Assembly (NCBI GenBank): GCA_951406725.2
Contig: OX597817.1
Coordinates: 41,540,001 to 41,604,000, forward strand
Reading direction: 5' to 3'
Length of the DNA stretch: 64,000 bases
Origin: Octopus vulgaris
Lineage: Eukaryota
The number at the start of each line of letters is the position of its first letter. Position 1 is the first letter of the stretch. A program made the translations under genes and the position numbers. Below, piece by piece: positions 1 to 12,111 of this stretch. Below the pieces are notes generated by a model. The model ran no database searches, was not told where the DNA came from, and worked only from the letters and a program-made list of their open reading frames with translations.

Positions 1-57
1 ACTATGTGCGCGCACACACACATACAAACACACACACACTCTCTCTCTCTCTCTCAC
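1..57. repeat. (CA)n(CT)n microsatellite
   Basis: Dinucleotide runs seen directly. Confidence 0.9.
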
Positions 58-150
58 CATTGTGAGCTTCATTACTACATATTTGGTTACTTTATTTACA
101 TTATTTACATTTACATTCGGCGGATATTTGTCCTCATCTTGTTTGTTGTT

Positions 151-196
151 AACACAACGTTTCGGCTGATATACCCTCAAGCTTTCTTCAGGTGTC
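151..196 (-). ncRNA. Minimal type I hammerhead ribozyme motif (degenerate stem II)
   Basis: Minus strand reads GACAC-CTGAAGA-AAGCTTGAGGGTATATCAGCC-GAAA-CG-TT-GTGTT; stem I GACAC/GTGTT; palindromic AACGTT in place of stem III. Confidence 0.6.
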
Positions 197-232
197 TTGG
201 GTTCTCATTCCTAAGGTTCGAAATTTCCCCAA

Positions 233-275
233 GACACCTGAAGAAGGCTGGAGGGTATATCAGCCAAAACGTGTT
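233..275 (+). ncRNA. Minimal hammerhead ribozyme motif, mutated copy
   Basis: GACAC-CTGAAGA-A-GGCTG(GAGGGTATAT)CAGCC-AAAAC-GTGTT; stem II is perfect, but GAAA has become AAAA and 3 nt are deleted. Confidence 0.5.
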
Positions 276-840
276 AACAACAAACAAGATGAGGACAAAT
301 ATCCGTCGAATGTAAATAATGTAAATAATGTACATAATTCCTCATCTCTTAAATATAGAACTATATTTGGTTACTGCTTGTTATTTTTACATGTTATATC
401 AGTTCCAGCATATCCATAGTTTTAATCCTAGCTTATCAAACCACGAAAATGAAAAAAAACCTAAATATTAAACTGTTAAGACTATGGGCTCAAGTTCCTT
501 AAGAATAACCTCAATGAATTAATCAAAGTTTGTTTTATTTGGTGTCAAACTATAAGGGAAATATTTATTGATCCAATGTTAATCTTAATTGAACAACATC
601 GAAAAGCAAAATCCAGACAAAAACACATGTGAGTGTGTGTCTGTGTGGTGGGGTTGAATAATTACAGTAAGATGATTTTTCAGACACACAGTAATAAGTG
701 AAAATGCAGAAATTATTATTGCAAGTCAGATTATGGTAGTAAAATCATTATTCAAAAGTGTCAACAAAGGTGACATGGATTCAATTCCGAATGAGAATTA
801 AAGGTGTAATATAATATTGGTATTCTTTCACTTTTTATTC

Positions 841-1260
841 ATCAAAGTCACTGGCGCTGAAACACCAACAAACATACTTCAGCCTCTGACCTACAGGTGT
901 GTTGTCTCTGCTCTCTATCTTTTCTGTCATTACTATGATAGCCTCTGTTCCTTGGAGCTGGATAGCCCCTTATATCTACCATTCAGGTATTCTTGACTAC
1001 CTTATTTCTTCACCTCTTATCACCCTTGTGTAGTCTGACCCCCAGCTCCATGGCCCTACACTAATCACCTATACCCAGTTTTCTTCCTCTCCATATCACT
1101 GGCTCTTTGGAATCTTCAGCCCACTTATGCCCTTCCTGCAAGTGTTGATCAGCAACAGTTTAAATGGAACATTAATGGCATTGAGTTCACTGGCTTCAGA
1201 GGGCCTGCTACGGTCATGGGCCCTGTCTCTTCCTCCAGGTTTAGCAAGTAATTAAAAAAC
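841..1260 (+). mobile_element. Degenerate 3' end of a CR1-group (Zenon-like) LINE
   Basis: Frame from 877 reads LQPLTYRCVVSALYLFCHYYDSLCSLEL...HP...FF...LWN..P...FKWNIN with two stops, matching the C-terminal pattern of CR1-group ORF2. Confidence 0.65.
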
Positions 1261-1261
1261 G

Positions 1262-1436
1262 TGTAGGAATGGCTATTTAGTTTAGAGGCTTACTTTTCAA
1301 CTATGTGGCTTCAGATTCAGTCCACTGCACAGAATCTTGAGTGAATGTCTGTCACAAAAGCCTTGGGTTGACCAATGCCTTCTAAGTGAATCTGGCAGAT
1401 AGAAACTATGTGAAAGTTCATCGTATTTATATATGT

Positions 1437-1497
<61 letters not shown>

Positions 1498-1732
1498 CGC
1501 ATGCATGTCCATGTGTATACATGTGTATATGAGTGTGTTTCTTTGTGTTTGTCCCCACTTGACAACCAATGTTGGTTTGTTTATACCCCATAACTTAGAA
1601 GTTTGGGAAAAAGTCTGATAGAATAAGTACCAAACTTAAAAAGTAAGCACTGGTATTGATATAATCAGCTAAACCCTTCATGGTGGTGCCCCAGCATGGT
1701 CAGAGTCCAATGACTGAAACAAGTAAAAGAAA
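1262..1732 (+). mobile_element. SINE family A, old copy with internal (TG)n
   Basis: Aligns by eye to intact copy 53855-54267, including tail CCAGCATGG...TGACTGAAACAAGTAAAAGA. Confidence 0.8.
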
Positions 1733-1829
1733 TTCTAAAAACTGTTTAAATGCCCCTCGACCTCATCAGTGTCAGGTGGCCTGTGAAAATGATGAGCATT
1801 ATCTCTCCATTGAGATTTTAAAAAGTTTT

Positions 1830-2030
1830 GATATTAATCCCAGATTAATCCAGATGAAAGAGATTTATTGACTGGAGGCATTCTAACCATGACTACTACA
1901 CCCTTTTGAATATCAGGAACTACATATTAAATGTGTCCTTCTTTATTTAAGATGATAGTGTGTGATTGAGGAAGATCTGGCAGTTATTTATAGCCGTTCA
2001 AGTAGCCTCATATAGGCTCTTTCATAGGCT
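1830..2030 (-). mobile_element. Interspersed repeat family E, degenerate
   Basis: Reverse complement resembles 9965-10355, 22650-22850 and 57175-57290. Confidence 0.5.
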
Positions 2031-3261
2031 AAATTATAAAAGTGTTATAAAAACACCATGTTAACATGTATTTACTATTCAACTCTTTATTACTTAGAGA
2101 AATGAAATCTACAAAATTTACAAGTTTGGTAGTTATGACATGAAATAGACCAACCCTGATAATACAGTTGAGATTAGTAAATGTTCAGTGGTTCCAGACA
2201 GTTGCTTTATAGCTGAACAACTACTCAGAAGAAATAAGTCTGGAATTTTATTTCACAGTGTTAATTAACTGTTGCCCGAATTTGAAGAGATAAATTTCTC
2301 ATCTCTTATGAAACCAGATATATATTACATGAATTCTATTAAATGTATTATCTTCAACGGAGTTTAAAAAGTCATATCTCTGCTATCATATTTGCATAGC
2401 CATACAAGATATTTAACTCTACACTGAAGCAACAAAAGTGTTACGGACTACTTGTTCATTATCTATTGAAGATCCGATATGAATAGATGTTAATTTGATT
2501 TAACATCTGTTTTTTTCCCATGCTTGCATGAACTGCACAGCTTTGCCAGGCTTCAACTGTCACGGCCGGAAATATATAGACGTGTAGTAATATTATGTGA
2601 GCCATAACACATGTAAATGGATGTGATTCCCATTGCTAACCATTAAGCGTGTATCAGTATATACAACAAACATAGAGAGGGAAAAATAAATGGAGAAAGA
2701 GAGTTTATGATGAAGAAACATAAATGCTTTTCAAAAGTAACTACAGCCTCATAAAATTAATCTTTTTTTATTATACATATATATTCCTTTATTTGCTGGA
2801 AACTTGTTCACTTTGCAATATCTTTTACACTGTTCAGATTTGGTTTCCATAGTTTTAACTTGATAAGAGACAATTTTCTCTCTTAATGCTTGTCTATTGT
2901 AAATGACTTCTCTACAAAAGCCTGGAACCTATTCTCTGCAACTTTGTGACACAGACCAAGATGAGAGGAATATTAAGATTGTATATTAAATACAGAAATA
3001 GACTAGACAGGTGATCACTACTAGCATAAACAGCTTTCAAGTGGAATACTGAATAGAAATACCCATAAATTAGCTACTGACAAAAACCATTGTGTATTGA
3101 TGTGTTGGTACTGAAAGTACAGCTTATTTCTTTAAGAATGTGTATTGTTCTGAATAAAAGTTTACAAGTCATTAAATTAGTTTGTGTGTGTGTTAATCTG
3201 GTTAGTTTCAGAAATTAAGACAATGCCCATAGCCTTTTCTCATCTCTCTATACAAAAAGAT

Positions 3262-3472
3262 AATTATTTCAAATTTTTGCCACAAGGTCAGTTTGGGGGA
3301 GGTAGGGATGAGTCAATTACATTGACCCCAATGTTCAACTTGTTTTATTGACCCTAAAAGGATGAAAGGCAAAGTTGACCTTGGTGGAATTTGAACACAG
3401 AATGTAGCAATGGGCAAAATACTGCTAAGCATTTTGTCCAGCATGCAAATGATTCTGCCAGCCTGCTGCCTT
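3262..3472 (-). mobile_element. SINE family B
   Basis: Shared core AAAGGATGAAAGGCAAAGTTGACC..GGAATTTGAAC as in 12442-13021. Confidence 0.8.
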
Positions 3473-3964
3473 GCCTATACAAGAAAATAATGAGAGCAAC
3501 TGATAAAGTCAGGGGGAATAATGCTCTGAGATCTAGCAGATGAATGGCTAAAGGTGAAAAGAGATCAGAAAAGAGAGTGGGTGGGAAAATATGGTTCTGA
3601 AGAAACAAGATTAGCAAAGTGTTTTGAACAAAATAAGATATTGTGGGATAAAAGGTGCATCTAATACTTTCTTAAAGGCAAAGTTGCAAACAAGCCATTT
3701 TGTTATGATAAATAAATACATCAACAAATATAAACAGAAGAAATTTCAGAAAACTAAGGGAAACTTGTTTTATGTTGTTTAAAATGTTTTATCTTAAGAA
3801 TGAAAACTAAATTCAACAACTGAGATTAAAAATATTTTACTTTCCATAAAGGTGTACAAATGTTAATTATATTTGAATCAGATCAAAGACAAATATATAT
3901 ATATCTAATACATTGGGATGTGATAAAGTTTCTATTTATGTCTGCAAATGATGATGGTGATGAC

Positions 3965-4192
3965 ATCGTCCTTGTCATCTTCATCATCATCGTTTAATAT
4001 CCATTTTCCAAGCTGGAATGGGTTGGATGGCTTCACAGTAACTGGTAAGGCCATGGGGCTGCACCAGGCTCCATAGCTTGCTTTGTTTTGAAGTCTGCCT
4101 GTCTGAGTGTGGTTCCTAATGCCAATCATTTTACAGAGTGTACTGGGTGTATTTTACCTGGCACTAGTACCAGTGCTTTTTATGCAGCACCA
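3965..4192 (-). mobile_element. RTE-tail repeat (family C)
   Basis: Homologous to the 3' end of the RTE at 39880-40057; (ATC)n on + strand. Confidence 0.7.
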
Positions 4193-6308
4193 AAAAGACA
4201 ATAGAGCAATGGTGCCACATAAAAACATGATAAAAATCATGCACAGCAGCATGCTTTTCTATGGTGTATATACATTTAATATGATACACAAGTACTATTT
4301 TCATTTTCTAGCTTTGCCAATGTAATATATTTGTTAATTTTGTATTGCAACTGGTGAGCAATAGCGTCGGTGGTTATTGGTTTGTAATGGAGCAATCACT
4401 GGTTCACTGATGTTTGTATAAACATCATTATTGGTCAAACGAAATGAGATGGCAATGAAGTTCGTTCAATGTAGAATAATAAACAATAAAAAGTGATTTA
4501 GAATTGCAGTCACTCCTTTCCTTCCCTTCCCAACATTTATTATATTTTACACACAAACACACACACAATATATATGTGTATAATGTAACAACTGCAAGAG
4601 ACTGAAGTCTCGTGTCGTGGACTTTTTAAACTGAAAGATCATCAAGAGTCGGGACAAAAATTAATGAAGTGATATGCAATACTATACAGGAATACACAGA
4701 AGGGAAAATGAAAAAAAGGATAGATTTACTCGCAAGTAATCAGAACAAGAGTAAGTGGGTCTTCAGTGAGCAGAGAGAGTGTTGTAAATTATGAAATAAT
4801 TACATTCGAAAGCTATCGAATTTAACCTCCTCATTTTAACGAGAGAGAGAGAGATTGCTAATGCAATTAGTTTATGATGATTTCCAAGAAGACAACATGG
4901 TAGCAGGGTCAAGAGGTTTAATTGTCTCTAGTCATAAGTCTGAAAGTTGTTGTAATCTGCAAGATGAATGAGTTTATTTGCCTCACTCTACCTAGTTAAC
5001 AACTAAGTATATTGAAAGAAAGTCACTTCTCTAAAAATGTGTTCAAATCTCAAAGATGAATCTCACCTGTATCAGTTAGATTTTTAGATTGTAAAACAGT
5101 AAGAAAACATCCGTAATCCAGATTTTCACAGAAAAAAACATAATGTTCTGGAATGTTTGAGTTTAAATGTGCTCCTGAATTAATGTCCAGCCACAATGTT
5201 AAATACTGTGATAAACAATGTATCTTAGACAAATAGATCTCTTTTATTTCTATAAATCTCAATTATACCAATGAATGGTTGGTTGGCATCTTATCTTTCT
5301 CCACCTTCATTTTTATCTTCATGTGGAACCTGAAGAAATGTGGTCTTGGCTAAAGATGAAAAGGCATGTCTTCATGTCTTCTAATTGTATCCACTGCATA
5401 ACCTCTTTCACCATAGCCACCAGGCAGGAAAAATGCAAGCAGTTTTTGTCTTCTACCATTCCTTTAGGAGGGAAAGGCAAGTGAAGAGAGAGAGAGATGC
5501 CCCAGAGTAGATTTGTTGAAAGGTGGGTGAAAATAGAGAGTAAGGTCCAAGTAAATGTAAACCATGTGTAAGTGTGCCAGGGAATGCAAGCTGACAGAGG
5601 GCACATACCCTTCATAGGGTAATCATGGATTTTTAGATTTTTTTGATTGGGCCTTGGTGGTGGTGGTGGCCCTCTTGCCTGAGGACCAGCACATATTGTA
5701 TGTTGCATATATCATAATTTTGTCTGCTCATTCATCTGATTTCTGTAAAGCCCTTCTACCACCATCATTTTTGTAAGTGGCCCTTTTAATGTTGCCTCAA
5801 CAGTCTTGTGGCATAAAAGAAAAGATAATGAATGGGTATTTAGCCGAAAGATGAATAAAGCACAAGGAATGGAGAAGAATCAAAGATATCAGAGTTGTAT
5901 GATGTAAATTATCTGACTATTTGCAATGCAAATTTTAGGAAATTACCAGCTACTTGAGCACCAAACAATCAAGCTAAATAGACTTTATACTGTCCAGGAA
6001 GCAGAGCAGAGAACTTGGTTGTAAATACAAAGTTATTTCCTGATGAAGAGCGTACCAGTCAACATAAATTAGTAATAAGCCATCTAGGAGGAAAAGCTCA
6101 AAGTCATAAGACAATTTTGAAAAGGAAGTTGAGAAAGCTGAAAGCAATCTCAGTTATATGGTAGACTCAGTGAAGTGTTAGGTGATGGGATTGATGAAAA
6201 GAGATACTGACTGACAACATGGACTGATGGGATTGATGACTGACAACAGAAGACAGATGACTTCTATAATTAGAACACAGATTACTTTTATAATTAGCGA
6301 AGAGTTAA

Positions 6309-6527
6309 CCCTTTGGCACTTAAACCAGCCATATAAGGCCCAAATATTCTACCTGTTTTATATTTAAACTGGCCAGATCTGGCCTTTTACACCTACCCTA
6401 CAATATCATTCGACAAATAAACAATCACATCATCAAAATCTCAGAGCTACAAGGCAATGCATGGTCAATTCAAACAATATGAAAAAATAAGCAACACGTT
6501 TGACAGAGTAATCTGAATGCTAATGGG
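6309..6527 (+). mobile_element. piggyBac-type MITE
   Basis: TTAA|CCCTTTGGCAC...TGCTAATGGG|TTAA; related copies at 40202-40420 and 48877-49075. Confidence 0.8.
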
Positions 6528-6619
6528 TTAAACTGAAATTAAGTTTTGGTTTACCAATATTCTGTGATGAATAGAAAAGAGATGTAAGGTATTGAGGTTT
6601 GTAAAGCAGAACATCAGAG

Positions 6620-7340
6620 TGAATTAAAGCAGTATTGAGGAAAGGTGTATGTGGAATGATAGTGGCCCACTATATTTGTCATAAAATGAAGAATTATTAG
6701 GAAACTATTTCTAGAGAGAGAATCACAGTTTTTCTTAGATAAGGGCAAGATGCTATATTTTTCATAGACTGACCTAAAGAAAAACTTTAACAAGGTATCA
6801 CATATTGTAGTCAGCTAAAAAAGGGGTAAATCCCTATGGTCATGAATGACCATGTGATGCATCTAGAAAGTTCCCCTATGAGGCACAAGTCTGGGAAAGA
6901 TTGTTTATGGAAGATTAGCAGTTGCCCATGCATTACAACTCATTTCTACAGCTGAGTGAACTGAAGTAATGTGAAATAAAGTGTCTTGCTCAAGAAAATA
7001 ACACAGAGCCCAGTTCAAGAATCGAACTCACAACCTCATGATTATGAGCCCAATGCTCTAACCACTGAGCCATGTGCATTCACTAGTTGCAAAGAAAACT
7101 AGGTCAGATGGGTTTGTGGGAACAATGTAAGCCACATGCAGAGATGCTACCTGTTAGATAAGATTCAGCAAGGAATTCAACAAGCAGGAATGTGTTTTGT
7201 GAAGTATCATTTCTTAGCACCCTTAACTTTATTATGGCTGTCCATGCCATAACAGAAATGCAATAGTTAAATGGTTAAACATAGTTCTAAATTCTGGATG
7301 GTAAGAGGCAGTGTGATAGCTGAAGATACATGTAACCTGT
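6620..7340 (+). pseudogene. Highly decayed RTE reverse transcriptase fragment, interrupted by a family D SINE
   Basis: Remnants resembling the DLEKAFD, AMYRDA and SVLSPLLF motifs; many disablements. Confidence 0.4.
6820..7083 (-). mobile_element. tRNA-headed SINE family D
   Basis: Minus strand has A/B-box-like TGGCTCAGTGG...GAGTTCGATTC then TTCTTGAGCAAGACACTTT; copies at 53265-53500 and 61160-61396. Confidence 0.7.
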
Positions 7341-7544
7341 CATGTATATATGGGTCTCAATCAGAATTACTGACCTTGAATTTTTAGTTGTTTGATCAAA
7401 TGATCAATCAAACTCAATAAACCACCATGTAAGTGGCTGAGTATTCCACACACATGTTTACTCTTAATGTAATTCTCAAGTAGAAACAGCACAACACAGT
7501 GTAACAAGACTAAACCTTTGAATTTTGTGTACAATCCATCTGAC

Positions 7545-7712
7545 AAGCTTCCTCATAGTTTCTGCTGATGCAATTTCACTTACAAGGCTTGGGCCAACCA
7601 GCATCTATGGTAAAAGATGCTTCCTGAAGAAGCTACCAAATGGAATTGAACCCTGGACCATGGACTTCTTTGAAACATGAACTTCTTAGCTATCTGGTCA
7701 TACTGCACCTAC
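7545..7712 (-). mobile_element. SINE family A, degenerate 5' half
   Basis: Weak similarity to the head of family A. Confidence 0.55.
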
Positions 7713-7714
7713 AC

Positions 7715-7844
7715 TATATATGTATATATGTATCTATATACATGTATGTATATATATATATGTGTGTGTATGTGTGTGTATATAAATGTGTGTATATATA
7801 TATATATATGTGTGTGTGTGTATGTGTGTGTATATAAATGTGTG

Positions 7845-7885
<41 letters not shown>

Positions 7886-7955
7886 ATATATATATGTATA
7901 TATATGTATATGTATATATATGTATATATATATGTATATATATATGTGTATATGT

Positions 7956-8005
<50 letters not shown>

Positions 8006-8040
8006 GCGCGCGCGTGCACACACACACACACACACACACA
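7715..8040. repeat. Compound (TA)n/(TG)n/(CA)n microsatellite
   Basis: Seen directly. Confidence 0.95.
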
Positions 8041-9111
8041 AACAGTATTTTAATATTCAACATATTCAAGCTGGACAACCAAGTACATTAATGCAATGAA
8101 GAATTTGGTTCAATACGTTCAGCAAAGATCTGCCAGACATCCAACTATTGCTATCTCTCCTCTCTCTCTGTCTCTTAAGATTTACACAGTTAATACTAAC
8201 ATTCAGTACAGCTAAAGCCAGTATAGTAGTTAATATATTAAATGATAGCATCCAGACATTGTGAGTGTATATAAAAAAAGGATGCTGCACTTGTCTTTCT
8301 TTCTTCCTTTCTTTCTTTCATTTTTAAGATTTTCTTTTTTATTGCAAGTTACATCTTGTAAAGAAAATATCATTAATCAACTAAATAGTTCATGTGAATA
8401 TATGTATTAAAACCGTTTAGAGGCAACTTTTTAACAGGCAATAGAAGTTGTACATGCTTAAATGCAAGAGTTAAAATGAGAATAATTGCATGTGTGTACA
8501 CACATGTGCATGCACCAACATGTGAGCAGCAGAGCACATGTGCATACATGCACATTCATATGTATGCTCAAGTTTGAATGTAAGTGCATACAGTTACACA
8601 CAGATACATAGAAATGTATGAGTGGCACGTACATGTTTTATTGCAGATATGCATGTGCATGTTTTACTGCAAGCTACTATATGGGTAAGTAGTACTTGTA
8701 TCATTTCTGTGTATGTGGGTATTTGCATTTATGTGCATGCACATGTGAAGGAAACGGTATTTGAATTTGGAGTGAAAACATTACATAAACCATATGACAA
8801 TTATATAACACGATAATGATATCAGAAACAATATTAAATGTGATAAAAAAGACAAAAATAGATCACATTTAGAGAAACACGTATGTGTGTTGAGAAACAT
8901 ACAGCATTTATTTTCCAAGAGAAATTGAATTTTGGCAAAATACATGGGAATTGTTGCATAGGGTGTAAAAACAAAATTATCAAATTATCTAAGAAACACT
9001 TTCTATGAATTTAATTATTTGCTCTAAATGATATGGTTTATACCAGGGAACTGTAGAAAATACTAAATTAAAAGACAACTTCCACTAGCCGTATAAAGTA
9101 TTTTTTTTCTT

Positions 9112-9115
<4 letters not shown>

Positions 9116-9152
<37 letters not shown>
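9116..9152. repeat. (TA)n microsatellite
   Basis: Seen directly. Confidence 0.95.
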
Positions 9153-9156
<4 letters not shown>

Positions 9157-9320
9157 GAGATCTCATCAAATTAAATATATGATTAACAAATCCCAACCAT
9201 AACACCCTCTCCTCAAATGGAAACAAAGACAACTGTTGAATTATAAAACTATCTTTTCTCCATAGAAAAGGATACATGCATGACGTTGGAAAAAGGTTGT
9301 AAAGGGTTGACAGGAATCGA

Positions 9321-9530
9321 AGGCGGAGAGCTGGCAGAAACGTTAGCATGCCAGGTGAAATGCTTAGCTGTATTTCGTCTGCCGTTACATTCTGAGTTCA
9401 AATTCCGCCGAGGTCAACTTTTGGGGTTGATAAATTAAGTACCAGTTACTCACTAGAGTTGATGTAATCGACTTAATCCTTTTGTCTGTCCCCTCAATGT
9501 TTAGTCCCTTGTGGGTAATAAAGAAATAAG
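9321..9530 (+). mobile_element. SINE family B with TSD
   Basis: AAGGCGGAGAGCTGGCAGAAACGTTAGC...AAAGAAATAAG; direct repeat AGGAAT(C/T)GAAGG at 9312-9323 and 9529-9540. Confidence 0.9.
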
Positions 9531-9964
9531 GAATTGAAGGAACATGATAATAATGGATGTTCAATGTGAATCAGAATAAAGGATAACTTTGGCTAATACA
9601 AAGTAAAATGTTCTTTTCCCATCTTTGCATAGTTTTCTTTTTCTAGTCTTTCTCATCTCACTAGATACTATGTTTGTTACTTCTTGGATTCTCTCATGAG
9701 GTGTTCCACATTCCTACTTTGATACACTACTTTTCAGTTCCATGTACCTAGCTTCATTACATTTTTGGCGCTCAGAATTGGGTATTTTGAGACCCTAACT
9801 TCCATTTGAACATTCATTAGAGTCTATCATTGTTTGATAGAATCCACTGCCATCTTTTTCCTAGAGGTTTTGCAGGTGGCTCTTTTTCATTGTTTCTGTT
9901 CCTGTTTTATGGGGTCAGATTGCTGGTCCAGTGCCACATCTTTTCCCCATTTCCAGGCACGATA

Positions 9965-10355
9965 AGAAGAAGCCTACATACTGTCATTTGACTTGATAAA
10001 AATAACAGCCAAATCTCACTCATATAAAACCCTACTATTAAAAAAAAAATCAAACAACACAGATAATTTAGTCCTTTATAAACAAAACATAGGCACAGGA
10101 GTAGCTGTGTGGTAAGTAACTTAATTACCAGCCACATAGTTCTGAGTTCAGTCCCACTGTGTGGCACCTTGGGCAAGTGTCTTCTATTATAGCCTTGGGC
10201 CGACCAAAGCCTTGTGAATAGATTTGGTAGATGGAAACTGAAAGAAGCTTGTCGTATAAGAGTAAAACAAAAAAAAAAAAATAGTAGTCATGTCTGGAAC
10301 ATCATTGATCATAGATCTGCTCAGCTGAGGATGATCTGGATCTAATCAATACCAA
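9965..10355 (+). mobile_element. Family E repeat interrupted by a SINE A head
   Basis: AATAACAGCCAAATCTC before and CTGGAACATCATTGATCATAGATCTGCTC after the 10090-10258 insert; matches the uninterrupted copy at 22650-22850. Confidence 0.55.
10090..10258 (+). mobile_element. SINE family A, 5' half
   Basis: TAGGCACAGGAGTAGCTGTGTGGTAAG...CACCTTGGGCAAGTGTCTTC...GGAAACTGAAAGAAGC. Confidence 0.9.
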
Positions 10356-11178
10356 TAGCTACCTATAGGACTAAAATTTCCATCAGTTCCAATGGAACTA
10401 AATTACTATCCTACAAAATACTATCAACACATATTGAATAAAGAACATTTTTGATATGATCTCAGTTATTGACAACCAGAGGAATATTTATCCCAAATAT
10501 CTTTGGTGAAAATAAATATCAGACATATTTTAGACTACAAACAGCAGCTGGCTTTGGAATATTGCAAGTGAAGTAATTTATTCTTCGGAGAACAGGAGTA
10601 AATGTTGTTGGAAATAACAGTGGATGTTTGACTTGAGTAGTTTCATAAAACATTTAGTCTGCTCTAGTATTTAATTTGCATAATTTACTTTTCTTGAAAA
10701 GGATTATGAATACAAGGGGATTTGAGTATGATAATTGAAGTTTTTATTTGAAATGGAAAACACACACAAAAAAGGAAAAAAAAAATTATGAAGAAAAAAA
10801 GAAAAAGAAAATGAAAATGAAAAAAGAAGAAAAATCTCTTCCTAGTTTGTATTTGAAAATAGAAAATGAAGAGGAATAAATGGAAACGGTGAATCGTATT
10901 AACACAGAGCCACAGTTCAAATTGAGATTCTCATCTGCAAACAGCACAAAATAAACAAATCAGACGATGTTGTTTCATATTCATTGTAGCCATACTCCTG
11001 AACTCCATGCATCACTAAATGATCTCATTTCTCTTTACCCATATTGCTGCTATTCAAATATTTTCCCTTATCAGATTGATTCACAACAATGCAAAATGCA
11101 TAGCAACAGATTTTTCTTCCATCAATTTTCCTTATTAACAATCAACAATAAAAAAAAAAAAAAATACACTCCACCCAC

Positions 11179-11274
11179 CCCTGCTTTAAGAAGAACCATG
11201 GTAATCCTTGTCTTCACTTCATTCTCGCTCTGTCTCAGAATCGAGTCGGCTGTTGCAAGAGTCTGCATCAACAT
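11179..11274 (-). CDS. Candidate coding first exon of an unidentified gene (MLMQTLATADSILRQSENEVKTRITMVLLKAG)
   Basis: Unique, more GC/CpG-rich segment; TAA immediately before ATG; 32 codons ending at a phase-0 GGG|GTGGGT donor-like site; no homology recognised. Confidence 0.3.
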
Positions 11275-11899
11275 TTACCTCCACCCTGTGATCAGGTCTG
11301 CTGACTTCCATGTGAATATTTAGAGGTACAATAATAGATTGTAGATGTGTTAGCATGTATACTTGACTGGAAAAGTATATATGTAACAACTACGGGGTTT
11401 CTCTGGACATCAACATTTAAATTAGAGAGTTGAGCATATGCTCCACTGGTGGGGTTTGGTAATATTTTGGTAGGGCCTGGGTTACTTCAGAGCAAAGCAT
11501 AGATAAGTAAGAAATGAATTCAAATTGCAATAGCTTTAATTAAAATTCGTTTTTTACACACACATACATGCCATGTACTGATTTTATCTGTTCATAGTGA
11601 GGTGTACGACAAAAGAAAGTTGTAAAATGACTGTTTTAAATGAAAGATTCATATCTATTGGTAAAATCTGTCATGAAGAAAATAAGAGCCATTTACAAGC
11701 TAATAAAGTGTTATAATAATTTCTGTCATTAACAAATGTTTAGCTTAATTACAGGAAGGCAATAGCCATTATGTATTGCTTGTGTTGTCATTGCCATATC
11801 ATTGGGCAAGTCTTTTATTAAACAAAGGAACCTAGAGAAGATTTAGATTCTCTTGAAGTTCGTTTTCAGAATGAAATATAACCTTAATTATTGTTTTAA

Positions 11900-12111
11900 G
11901 TTGGCGAGCTAACAGAATTGTTAGCATGCCAGGAAAAATGCTTAACACTATTTTGTCAGTCTTTACGTTCTGAATTTCAATTCCGCCGAGGTCAGCTTTG
12001 CCTTTCATCCTTTCAGGGTTGATAAAATAAGTACCAATTGGACACTGGGGTTGATGTAATTGACTAACCTCAACCCCTACGTTTGCTGGCCTTGTGCCAA
12101 ATTCTGAAACC
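11900..12111 (+). mobile_element. SINE family B with TSD
   Basis: Family core present; AATTATTGTTTTAA at 11886-11899 and 12112-12125. Confidence 0.85.

Larger units (their letters stand above)
92..362. mobile_element. Palindromic Penelope-like pseudo-LTR mini-element with 13-bp TSD
   Basis: Inverted arms at about 92-201 and 228-332; flanking direct repeat ATATTTGGTTACT at 79-91 and 363-375; each arm carries a hammerhead-like core. Confidence 0.75.

Noticed and set aside
5319-5708. 129-aa minus-strand ORF with a proline run
   Set aside because: No recognisable domain or splice context; overlaps simple repeats.
6035-6112. CTGATGAAGAGC...GCTCAAAG as a hammerhead
   Set aside because: No GAAA core and no convincing stems I or III.
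7640-8099. Cluster of overlapping YIYI/CVCV ORFs (also near 1297-1618, 14187-14588, 59464-60329)
   Set aside because: Microsatellite translations.
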